A DNA stretch of 64,000 nt from contig JALHSR010000285.1 of assembly GCA_022865315.1 (NCBI GenBank), positions 1,626 through 65,625 of the forward strand, in the 5' to 3' direction. Positions within the stretch are counted from its first letter, which is position 1. Every line of letters starts with the position of its first letter. Positions 9,164-17,855 of the stretch are shown here, piece after piece. This stretch comes from Methanotrichaceae archaeon (GTDB lineage Archaea > Halobacteriota > Methanosarcinia > Methanotrichales > Methanotrichaceae). The translations under genes and the position numbers were made by a program. Below the pieces are notes generated by a model. The model worked only from the letters and a program-made list of their open reading frames with translations. It did not search any database and was not told the origin of the DNA.

Positions 9164-10618
9164 ATGAAGGTATTATTATTATCGTCGCCAATTGTCCAGA
9201 AGGACTTTGATCGCATAGCCAGGATACCTAATTTAGGTTTAGTTTCCCTAGCAGCTCATGTTGATGATATTTGTACAATTCACGTTGCTGATTTGCATGG
9301 CATCGAGAACTATCGAGACTATTTTAGATCAATAGTCAATGAATACGACATTATTGGGATGAGTTGCATGAGTTTCCAGTATCACGAAGCCATGAATTTG
9401 GCTGCCGTCGCAAAGGGATCGGGCGCAGAGACGGTTCTCGGGGGGTATCATCCTACTTTAGCTTTCAAGGAGATTGGAGAGTCAAAGAACGCAATGTTCA
9501 TTGATTATATCATCCGTGGAGAGGGCGAAGCTACATTTCGAGAGCTCGTAAAGGCAAAGCTGGACGGTGGCAGCCTGAAAGAAATATTGGGACTATCTTA
9601 TCATGATGGAGGAAGGATGATCCACAATCCGTCCAGGCCTTTGCTCAAAGTGGATGAGATCGAGATGCCGTATCGCGATTCTAGGCTGATTACCGAAGGC
9701 TTTACAAGTTTTGATGTGCCAATCGATTCCGTAGAAACAAGTAGAGGTTGCACTCAAGGGTGCAAGTTCTGTAGCATCAATCTTATGTATGGACGCTACT
9801 TTCGACGCTTTTCGATAAAACGGGTGATTGAAGATATCAAAGATGCTGAAGTGCATGGCGCGGGATCGATATTCTTCCCGGACGATAATATTACTCTTGA
9901 CGTAAAGAGATTGGAAAACCTGTGTCAGGCTATAATTGATGCTGGCCTAACTCATCTAAGATATAAGACTCAAGCATCGGCATCGGGAATAGCATCAAGC
10001 AAAAATCTAGTAGACAAGATGGCGGATGCAGGTTTTGATGGAGTCTTTTTGGGCGTGGAAAGCACAAATAGTAGAAATTTGCAATTTCTTGGCAAAGGTC
10101 GCATGTCTGAAGATGTAGAAAAAGCCATCCAATATCTAAATGATAATAATATAATAGTCTCTACAGGCCTAATTGGTGGCAATCCGGAGGACAATGAAGA
10201 AGACATTTGGCAAAATTTCCATTTGGCACGTCGACTTAAGGTGGATTTTCCTATTTTCTATATTAGCACTCCTTATCCGAAGACCCAACTGAGGGCTGAG
10301 CTGAATGAAATGGGCTTTGTGACCAGCAATGATTTGACAAAATACGATGGATTACATGCTAATATACGCACGAGATTCTTAAGCGACGAAGAGATACAAT
10401 ATATAACCTGGCAAATGAATGCCCGTTACTACGATCTTGATTGGCTCAAGTATAATAAAGTGAAACGTCTTTATCCCAAATGGTTTTTCCGGGAAATGTT
10501 AAGATTGGCACCTTTGCATGCGAGACGAAAATTAGCCTTGATTCTAAAACTGCGCAAATCAAAAGATTTCTTTTTCGAGGATATGGAACGAGGGGAGTTA
10601 TGCAAGGGAGTAACTTGA
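9164..10618 (+). CDS. B12-binding-domain radical SAM enzyme (484 aa)
   Basis: N-terminal MKVLLLSSP...IPNLGLVSLAAHV...YDIIGMSCMSFQYHEAMNLAAVAKGSGAETVLGGYHPT is a cobalamin-binding-type domain. SRGCTQGCKFCSI carries the CxxxCxxC motif. It lies 10 nt downstream of the previous radical SAM gene. Confidence 0.85.
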   Translation: MKVLLLSSPIVQKDFDRIARIPNLGLVSLAAHVDDICTIHVADLHGIENYRDYFRSIVNEYDIIGMSCMSFQYHEAMNLAAVAKGSGAETVLGGYHPTLAFKEIGESKNAMFIDYIIRGEGEATFRELVKAKLDGGSLKEILGLSYHDGGRMIHNPSRPLLKVDEIEMPYRDSRLITEGFTSFDVPIDSVETSRGCTQGCKFCSINLMYGRYFRRFSIKRVIEDIKDAEVHGAGSIFFPDDNITLDVKRLENLCQAIIDAGLTHLRYKTQASASGIASSKNLVDKMADAGFDGVFLGVESTNSRNLQFLGKGRMSEDVEKAIQYLNDNNIIVSTGLIGGNPEDNEEDIWQNFHLARRLKVDFPIFYISTPYPKTQLRAELNEMGFVTSNDLTKYDGLHANIRTRFLSDEEIQYITWQMNARYYDLDWLKYNKVKRLYPKWFFREMLRLAPLHARRKLALILKLRKSKDFFFEDMERGELCKGVT

Positions 10619-10831
10619 AAAAGACATTTAAATATATAATTATTTTACGATTTCAATTAAAAGTTAATAAGTTTAATTGTATTAATTTCTTCTACATTTT
10701 TGATTATTAACGGATTACGATCTTCAAGCTTTAAAATCTCTTTTTTGTATTACAAAGAATTTTTTGGATTTTTTCTGACATCATACCGGCAAAATCTATA
10801 CTCTCCAATGATACCTAGAATATGTATCTCT

Positions 10832-11512
10832 ATGAAGCTAGGTGTATTGTTCTCCGGTGGCAAGGATTCTGTCTTCGCATGCTATAGGGCAATGGAAAAG
10901 AACCAAGTTGTTTGCCTGATAACCATGATATCCGAGAATCCAGATAGCTATATGTTCCATACACCTAATATAAGGCAAACGAATCTGCAGGCAGAAGCTA
11001 TTGGGATCCCCTTGATTCCGTGGTCTACACTGGGCGAGAAAGAGAAGGAGCTAGTGGATCTGAGAAATGCTATCATTGTGGCTCGGAATAGGTTTGGCAT
11101 CCAGGGAATTGTAACGGGAGCCGTCGAGTCTATTTATCAAGCCGCTCGTATTCAAAAAATTTGCTGTGATTTGGATATGTGGTGCTTCAATCCACTTTGG
11201 CAAATTAATCAAATTGAATATCTCTATACATTATATTCATTAGGTTTCAAGGTTTTAATAACAGGCGTTTTCGCATATCCATTTGACGCTTCTTGGGTGG
11301 GGGCTATCTTAGTCGAGGAAAAAATTAAGAAACTTGAAAAGCTTCAACAGGAATACAAAATAAATCCTTCAGGTGAAGGTGGCGAATTTGAGACTTTCGT
11401 CCTTGATGGACCAATATTTAGGAAGCGTATTGAGATTATCAAGGCATCGAAAAGCTATGAAAATTTTAGAGGGCATTTTATCTTGAATGAGACGCATTTG
11501 GTCGATAAATGA
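10832..11512 (+). CDS. dph6: Diphthine-ammonia ligase (Dph6 / MJ0570-type N-type ATP pyrophosphatase)
   Basis: MKLGVLFSGGKDSVFA carries the SGGKDS PP-loop. The C-terminal signature is SGEGGEFETFVLDGPIF. I chose ATG 10832 because the family starts at MK.(A/G)VL.SGGKDS; the upstream 44 codons of the listed ORF are low-complexity. Confidence 0.8.
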   Translation: MKLGVLFSGGKDSVFACYRAMEKNQVVCLITMISENPDSYMFHTPNIRQTNLQAEAIGIPLIPWSTLGEKEKELVDLRNAIIVARNRFGIQGIVTGAVESIYQAARIQKICCDLDMWCFNPLWQINQIEYLYTLYSLGFKVLITGVFAYPFDASWVGAILVEEKIKKLEKLQQEYKINPSGEGGEFETFVLDGPIFRKRIEIIKASKSYENFRGHFILNETHLVDK

Positions 11513-12060
11513 TATTGCTTGTGGACCTGTGTTTTGAAAAAAATTCGCTCAGCAAATATGAATTCGTCTTGCCGATAGAAGACACCCTAAAACATGCTGG
11601 AGCTATGTGTGATATACTTCATTATACGGAGATTTGCAATGATAAACTTGAAAGATGTGATAAAATAATTCTCTGCGGAACGGCTTTGAAAAATAATGCT
11701 TTTGCCATGAACCTGAAATCGTTTTCTTGGATTAATGGATTTGCCAAGCCCATTCTCGGCATATGTGCGGGGATGCAGGTCATCGCCTACGTTTATGGTG
11801 GTAGCATAATAACCAGCAAATCCATCGGTTTGGAGACAATTGAAATTATTCGTGAAACTTACTTGTTTGGAGTGCCAAGGAAAATCGAAGGATACCATCT
11901 TCACAGTTGCGGAGTTACTTTGCCAAGAGAATTTGAACTATTGGCAGGTACGAAAAATAAAGCTGAGGCTTTTAAGCACCATTCTCAGCCAATTTATGGC
12001 ATAATTTTCCATCCCGAAGTTAGAAATAAGTGGATATTGGAGCGGTTTATAAAAATATAA
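11509..12060 (+). CDS. Class I glutamine amidotransferase (GuaA-subunit-A-like but divergent)
   Basis: Nucleophile elbow ILGICAGMQ and His-Glu pair in IIFHPEV. It is 183 aa. The start overlaps the dph6 stop as ATGA. Confidence 0.8.
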   Translation: MILLVDLCFEKNSLSKYEFVLPIEDTLKHAGAMCDILHYTEICNDKLERCDKIILCGTALKNNAFAMNLKSFSWINGFAKPILGICAGMQVIAYVYGGSIITSKSIGLETIEIIRETYLFGVPRKIEGYHLHSCGVTLPREFELLAGTKNKAEAFKHHSQPIYGIIFHPEVRNKWILERFIKI

Positions 12061-12632
12061 GAAAATAGATATTATACTTAAAATTCTATATCTGACGTAA
12101 ATCTTGATATCTATTTGCCAATAATGTGATTTGCTTTTCAACTTTGGGAACTACTTTTTGATAGCCATCGCAATTGAGTCTAAAGTCACTTTTGCATAGA
12201 AGCTAAGCATGCATCACCTGCAAGTGAATCCGGAAACTTCCTTATCGACCGATAATAGAGTTCCATATATGATTAAATATAAGTCGACTAATTTAGACAA
12301 CGGAACGCTATAGATTTAGTCAAAGCAAGAATAGCAGATGATTGAAGCTATATAGCAATAATCGAACGATTCTTACGCAAAAAATTTTATATAAATTTGG
12401 GTAAGTATCTCTTTTCAATCTCTTGTGCCTGCAATGCAGAAAGCAACGATCCAAGAAAATTAGTCGTCAAGAGGACTCATAACGATATTTTTAATATTAA
12501 TCAGCTTTTTAGTGTTAGTAGTTGTATAAAATAATTTTTGAAATATATTTTGACATAACGAGTAAAGATAATGGTGCTATCGGAACCTTTCTTCCTTCGA
12601 AACCAATTTATTTGATGAATCGTTATTAACGC

Positions 12633-13820
12633 ATGATGCAAGACTATTCCATAAACCAGTTTCTCGCTATCGCAGGAACCCCTAACTTGGATATAGAAAT
12701 CTGCGATGTTACAATGAGGGATGGTGAGCAAATGCCAGGAGTGGTCTTCAGTCCTGACGAAAAGCTGGATATTGCCTTGCGACTGGATGAAATTGGGGTA
12801 GATGTCATTGAAGCTGGCTTTCCGGTTGTATCTACGGCAGAGATGATAGCGGTGAGGGAAGTCTGCAATTTAGGACTCAATGCTAAGATTTCCGCGCTTT
12901 CAAGGTCGGTTAAACGGGATGTCGATGCTGCCTTGGATTGTGGCGTTGATATGGTATGTGTTTTTATTGCCACTTCAGAGCTGCATCTGAAGCATAAGCT
13001 GAGGATGAGCTGTCCGGAAGCTATCAAATGCGCTCTCGATACTGTGGAATATGCCAAGGATCATGGCCTAATAGTACGTTTCTCGGCCGAGGATGCTACA
13101 AGGACTGACTTGGAAACTCTAAAAAAATTATATAAAAAGGCTGAGGAGTATCACGCCGATTATGTGAGCGTAGCTGATACTGTCGGTATTATGAATCCTC
13201 GAACGATGTATTATTTGATCAGTGAAATTAAAAAAGTCGTAACGATCCCAATATGCATGCATTGCCACGACGATATGGGATTGGCTTTGGCAAACACGCT
13301 ATCTGGCGCGGAGGCTGGAGCATATCAGCTCCACACGACTGTTAATGGCATTGGAGAACGGGCTGGGAACACTCCTCTTGAAGAGCTTTTGGTTTCACTC
13401 AGGCTGCAATATAATATAGACCAATATGATCTGAGCAAGCTTAAGGATGTATCAAGGCTGATTGAGTCTTACTCCGGTGTTTCAGTGCCAAAGAATAAAG
13501 CGATTGTTGGATCTAATGCATTTGCGCATGAGTCAGGCATTCATGTGGCTGCCGTTTTGGAGGAACCCAGGACTTATGAGCTCTTCTCGCCAGAAATGGT
13601 GGGGGCAGCGAGGCATATAATTATAGGCAAACATACGGGTGCCAAAGCTCTAAGGTACATAACTCAGCGAATGGGCTATCGGCTAAAAGATAATGAGCTC
13701 ATAGTCTTGGCTGAAAAAGTCAAAATGTGCAGCGAGTTAAAGCGGCCTATCAACTGCGAGGAGTTGAGAAAATTGATCCTAGGAATGGAAAATGTTGATA
13801 TCATTTATCCGGGGCCTTGA
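12633..13820 (+). CDS. Homocitrate / 2-isopropylmalate / citramalate synthase family enzyme, short form without a LeuA regulatory domain
   Basis: ICDVTMRDGEQ, HCHDDMGLALANTLSGAEAGA and AHESGIH are the HMGL-like/DRE-TIM metallolyase signatures. At 395 aa it lacks the C-terminal LeuA dimerisation/regulatory domain, as in AksA/NifV/LysS-type homocitrate synthases. Confidence 0.8.
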   Translation: MMQDYSINQFLAIAGTPNLDIEICDVTMRDGEQMPGVVFSPDEKLDIALRLDEIGVDVIEAGFPVVSTAEMIAVREVCNLGLNAKISALSRSVKRDVDAALDCGVDMVCVFIATSELHLKHKLRMSCPEAIKCALDTVEYAKDHGLIVRFSAEDATRTDLETLKKLYKKAEEYHADYVSVADTVGIMNPRTMYYLISEIKKVVTIPICMHCHDDMGLALANTLSGAEAGAYQLHTTVNGIGERAGNTPLEELLVSLRLQYNIDQYDLSKLKDVSRLIESYSGVSVPKNKAIVGSNAFAHESGIHVAAVLEEPRTYELFSPEMVGAARHIIIGKHTGAKALRYITQRMGYRLKDNELIVLAEKVKMCSELKRPINCEELRKLILGMENVDIIYPGP

Positions 13821-14057
13821 ATTTTGCTCTTGCACTTGGCAAGTTTCGTGTATCCAATCAAATTATGTTTATATCAGTTAATTGTTTCTATAAATCATAG
13901 GCTTTTATTAATCTTTAAATGCAAGTCCGTTCATTTGTAATAATGCGTATTCAATACAATCGGTAATTCCGATATATAGTATTGAAATTGCAGACATCAA
14001 ATCCTGTTTAGGGCTTATGTAAGATTATGCAGAAATCAAGGAAATGCAAGGGCGAAA

Positions 14058-15272
14058 TCAATAAGGGCTATTATTAAGAACTGATTCATACAATTCCTTA
14101 TATCCTTTGGCTACCGACTCGAAAGTGAAATTAGCACTTATATCCTTTGCATTCATCATCATTTTCTTTAGCCTTTGTCTATCTGCAATCAATTTTAATA
14201 TATATTCTAAAACTTCATCATTGCTGGTCGATCTATCAAATAGCAGGGCGCACTTTGCCATTTCATCTTTTCGTTCGATATCAGCTCTTATTATTGGCAC
14301 TGTTCCGCATATCAAATATTCGAAGACCTTATTTGGCGAGCATTTCACCCAGTAGCAAGAGTCGGGCTTCATCAGATAGAGCCCTAGATGTGATCTTGTT
14401 GTCAATTCAATGGTTTCTTCTCTTTGCACATAACCCAAAAAGCAAAATTTTCCACTGTATTTACTGGAAAACTCGCGAACCTTTGTCTCCAACTTGGCAT
14501 CGAGAATCCGTCCTCCTAGAAGAAACCTGGATCCAAAGGATTCAACTGCTTCTTGACCTATTCTAATCATTAGATCGATATCTCTGTCAAAATTTTTATC
14601 AAGAGAGCCAATATAGCTTATCACAATATCTGTGTATTGATTCAATGAATTGATCTTATCCATGATAGTTTTTTCATTGTAATCATAAATAGATGGATAG
14701 TTCGGTACAGGTACAATTATGGCCTTTGGAAATAATTGTCTTGTTTTAGATAGATGCTCGTTTGAAACTATTACCACTGCGGATATCTGTCTTATTGAAA
14801 GCTGTTCTAGGGCTCGAGCAACATTGATTCCGCAATCCTTGTGCGAGCTCTCGTAGAGTTCATGTCGGTCGTAAACAAGTTTCCATCCATAATGCCTTTT
14901 AACCAAATTAGAGGCTACTGGCAATAGAATTGGATCATGAACGTGCACTATCGTAGGTTTAAACAAGTTGAGTCCAAGCTCATTGATTGTTTTCTCTGTC
15001 TTGCTGACAATAGCTTTCCCCATAAGATACGAAGTATTTAGGATTCTCCTTTTAATCCCTTTATTTTTATTAAATATATAAAATAAATCAAGTCCCGAAC
15101 AGGCTTCTCCATATCTAGATGAGCAATCCCACTCTCTTGAAACAGAGTCGTAGAAATTATAATTTACCCGATAGACATCAAAACTATTTCCTATCAGGTA
15201 TCGGAGATGCCTTCCGATCCTGGAGTCCTCAATAGAATGGGAATCTAATACTAGAACATTCATCAATTTCAT
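14058..15272 (-). CDS. GT-B fold glycosyltransferase (GT4-like)
   Basis: 404 aa. The C-terminal SPNKVFEYLICGTVPIIR matches the GT4 nucleotide-sugar binding region (K..EY...G.P.I). It sits within the glycan gene cluster. Confidence 0.7.
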   Translation of the reverse strand: MKLMNVLVLDSHSIEDSRIGRHLRYLIGNSFDVYRVNYNFYDSVSREWDCSSRYGEACSGLDLFYIFNKNKGIKRRILNTSYLMGKAIVSKTEKTINELGLNLFKPTIVHVHDPILLPVASNLVKRHYGWKLVYDRHELYESSHKDCGINVARALEQLSIRQISAVVIVSNEHLSKTRQLFPKAIIVPVPNYPSIYDYNEKTIMDKINSLNQYTDIVISYIGSLDKNFDRDIDLMIRIGQEAVESFGSRFLLGGRILDAKLETKVREFSSKYSGKFCFLGYVQREETIELTTRSHLGLYLMKPDSCYWVKCSPNKVFEYLICGTVPIIRADIERKDEMAKCALLFDRSTSNDEVLEYILKLIADRQRLKKMMMNAKDISANFTFESVAKGYKELYESVLNNSPY

Positions 15273-16023
15273 CGAAGAAAAGGCTTTTTTAGCTTTTTAA
15301 ATTGATCGATCGATGATCAATTAAAAAAGCCTAATAATTGAATTTACATCCGTGTGATTGCCATTTCAGATATTGTGTTTGGACAATTTATTTCTGCGGA
15401 CTGAAACGGAAGAGTTAGAAGGAAATCTTTGGAAGATTACTGAATCTTCTGTAAATTGATACTAAGCAGGAGAATAAGCCATATCTCTTCAATGATGAAA
15501 ATTGCTCAAGGTTAGAATCGATTTGAGATGCATGTTTAGGGATTTTCTCGTCATCACAGGAGTTCTTGAAGACGTTTATTGAGCGGGGGAATGTTTCCCA
15601 ATGATTGAAGAATTTATCTCCGACAAGTCCTGATAGTTATAAATGAAATGGCTGATTAGCAAAAATATTAACCATAGGTTGAAGTAGCTTTAGGATATAG
15701 GGCAGGTAACTTACAGAATTCTGGGATAAACCGGAAATATTTGGTTTTATCCTTTTTATTCTTGAATCCCAGAAAATAAAGATCTATTAGGCCCTCTGCA
15801 GATTGCGGTTATTAGAATTTTATTTTTGTAATTATTATATGATAGTTTCAAAAAAATGGCAGATGGCACATTAGTGGCAAATGCCCTAATATGAGCTCAG
15901 GCTTTTTTAATATTTGCGGCTTTAATCCAGCTTGAATATCAAACGAGAATCTTTTGCTTCGTCTCATATTTTATCATTGCCTGGTCTAAGACCTTTCGTA
16001 TAAATTTCAATAAGAAGTTAAGT

Positions 16024-16794
16024 TCAACTTTTTCTCTTTAACAAGATTATATTATTATATGGTTTCATAATTCCACATATTTGCTTGATGAAGCGATCGA
16101 TTAGCATTAATGCGCCAAATGCATGCATGGTTATTCTTGGTGGATAAAGAGCTTCGCCGCCACATTTATCGCATCTCGCAAATTCCGAATATGAATATGC
16201 TCCGAATTTATGCATTAATTTAACAAGTTTTGAATTTGTCGGAATATGGTATGCAGAATATTCGTCTCTCCTCAATTCATACTCAGGGAACTCTTTTGCA
16301 AACCATTTTGCGTTAAAACTGCGATAATGATGACTTATATGAAATTTATTTTTGCAAAGTGAACATTTTGATAGATCTATATCAAGATCCTCTAGATAAG
16401 GCGTTCCAATTAATAAATAATTAGCTTTCAATTTTTTTATTTCCTTGATAGCTTGTTGAAATGATGAGTCATCAAGATGTTCAAAAACTTCTGTAGAAAG
16501 AACTAAATCGAATTTCATGTTTTTAATCGGGAGCGATTCAATGCTTGCTTGAATAGCATTTTTCGATAAATAATTTAAAGGCGTTCGTGCAAAATCGATA
16601 CCCACAACAAATGGTTTCTGAATATAATTTGTAACGATCCCTTTTCCGCAACCTACATCTAGAATTGAATTTGCGTCATTTGGTATTAATTCCAATATTG
16701 TTTCTGCCCGCTCAACTTCTAACGGATTGGCTTCTTGCTTATCCCAAACTCCTATTTGATTATAATATCTCAACTCAATTTTCTTCAATTTCAA
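16024..16794 (-). CDS. Class I SAM-dependent methyltransferase with two CxxC pairs (possible zinc site)
   Basis: Motif I ILDVGCGKGIVTN and post-I/II DLVLSTEVFEHL. Cys pairs occur at CSLCKNKF and CDKCGG. Confidence 0.75.
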   Translation of the reverse strand: MKLKKIELRYYNQIGVWDKQEANPLEVERAETILELIPNDANSILDVGCGKGIVTNYIQKPFVVGIDFARTPLNYLSKNAIQASIESLPIKNMKFDLVLSTEVFEHLDDSSFQQAIKEIKKLKANYLLIGTPYLEDLDIDLSKCSLCKNKFHISHHYRSFNAKWFAKEFPEYELRRDEYSAYHIPTNSKLVKLMHKFGAYSYSEFARCDKCGGEALYPPRITMHAFGALMLIDRFIKQICGIMKPYNNIILLKRKS

Positions 16795-16935
16795 TCTTCC
16801 TATATTTTTTGGATAATCAGATGAGTAAATGAAGTCTCCAAATTGCCAAATTTTATCCGAGATCCACTTCTTCTTTTTGTGTAAAGCCGCTCGAATAGCT
16901 CGTTAGATCAAGACTTGATGAGCTCTTGTATTTTA

Positions 16936-17853
16936 TCATTCTAAATAAATATCGTTGATCATCCTTGCAATTTTATTTGAATCATGGGATTGTTCCACAA
17001 AATTGCGAGCTCTTAGTCCTATTTTTTTCCTTAGAGCACTATCTTCCAAGAGAATTCTCAAATTCTCCTTCAAATTGTCGACGGACGTATTAATTAGAGC
17101 AGAAGCTGAAAGTAATGATTCGAGATCTTTTTTTATATAAACGCATACAGGCTTTCCCAATGCCATGCACTCAATTGCAAAAACACCATACCAACCCACA
17201 AGAAGTTGATCCACTGCTATATCGGCTTTTCCATATTGGCTTATTGCTTCGTGATATGACTGATTCTCGATTAGTACCATTTCGACGTTGTAGCCTTCTT
17301 TTTTCAGCTCGCCTATCGCCCTAATCACATGATCAGTCCCTTTAACGGTCCTGTCGCTTGGAGCATGCACGACTCTAAGACTTCCTGAATGCTCTTTTGC
17401 CCCAATATATTGGAGCTTTTGGAGATCGATAGGATTGGGAATCCATATGGCATTTGGGGACCACTCCAAAAGGTCTGGAGTAGATACAAAAATGTGGTTG
17501 GCGAACTTAGAGTAAAAAAATGCTTCGCCTCTTTGTCTGATGTCGTCTCCATGATGATGCAACACGATTTTTTTCCCTAGCCTTTTCCAGATTGGAAGAT
17601 CTATCCCAAAAGGGACAGCGGAAGACCAGTGAAAGTGAAAAATATCGTAACTTTCTGCAATTGTGTAAAGTGATCCCAACCTTTCCGCATATTTTAAGGG
17701 AAAAGGAAGTTTTGTTGGACGGTAAATATCAACTTCGTATTTGAATGCATGAGGTTGGAATGAAATGACATCGCTCTTAAGTCCTAGCTTCCTTTGAGCC
17801 TTTGAAAGTTCTTGAGGAACACTGGCAATATTGCCTATATGAAGAACGCGCAT
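16936..17853 (-). CDS. GT-B fold glycosyltransferase (GT4-like)
   Basis: 305 aa. ADIAVDQLLVGWYGVFAIECMALGKPVCVY resembles the GT4 C-terminal donor-binding segment. It lies 2 nt downstream of the AsnB-like gene. Confidence 0.6.
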   Translation of the reverse strand: MRVLHIGNIASVPQELSKAQRKLGLKSDVISFQPHAFKYEVDIYRPTKLPFPLKYAERLGSLYTIAESYDIFHFHWSSAVPFGIDLPIWKRLGKKIVLHHHGDDIRQRGEAFFYSKFANHIFVSTPDLLEWSPNAIWIPNPIDLQKLQYIGAKEHSGSLRVVHAPSDRTVKGTDHVIRAIGELKKEGYNVEMVLIENQSYHEAISQYGKADIAVDQLLVGWYGVFAIECMALGKPVCVYIKKDLESLLSASALINTSVDNLKENLRILLEDSALRKKIGLRARNFVEQSHDSNKIARMINDIYLE

Positions 17854-17855
17854 GA

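Noticed and set aside
12061-12632. 570-nt spacer upstream of the homocitrate/IPM synthase gene, examined for a riboswitch, tRNA or small gene
   Set aside because: I saw no conserved RNA motif, no stable GC-rich stems and no credible ORF; the listed 76-aa minus-strand ORF overlaps the synthase start. It probably holds only promoter sequence (TTTATATAAA near 12386).
15762-15776. The 15-mer TTGAATCCCAGAAAA is shared with 55343-55357
   Set aside because: With two strands of 64 kb and AT-rich composition, a few exact 15-mer coincidences are expected. The flanks do not extend the match beyond TAAAG after a 1-nt indel.
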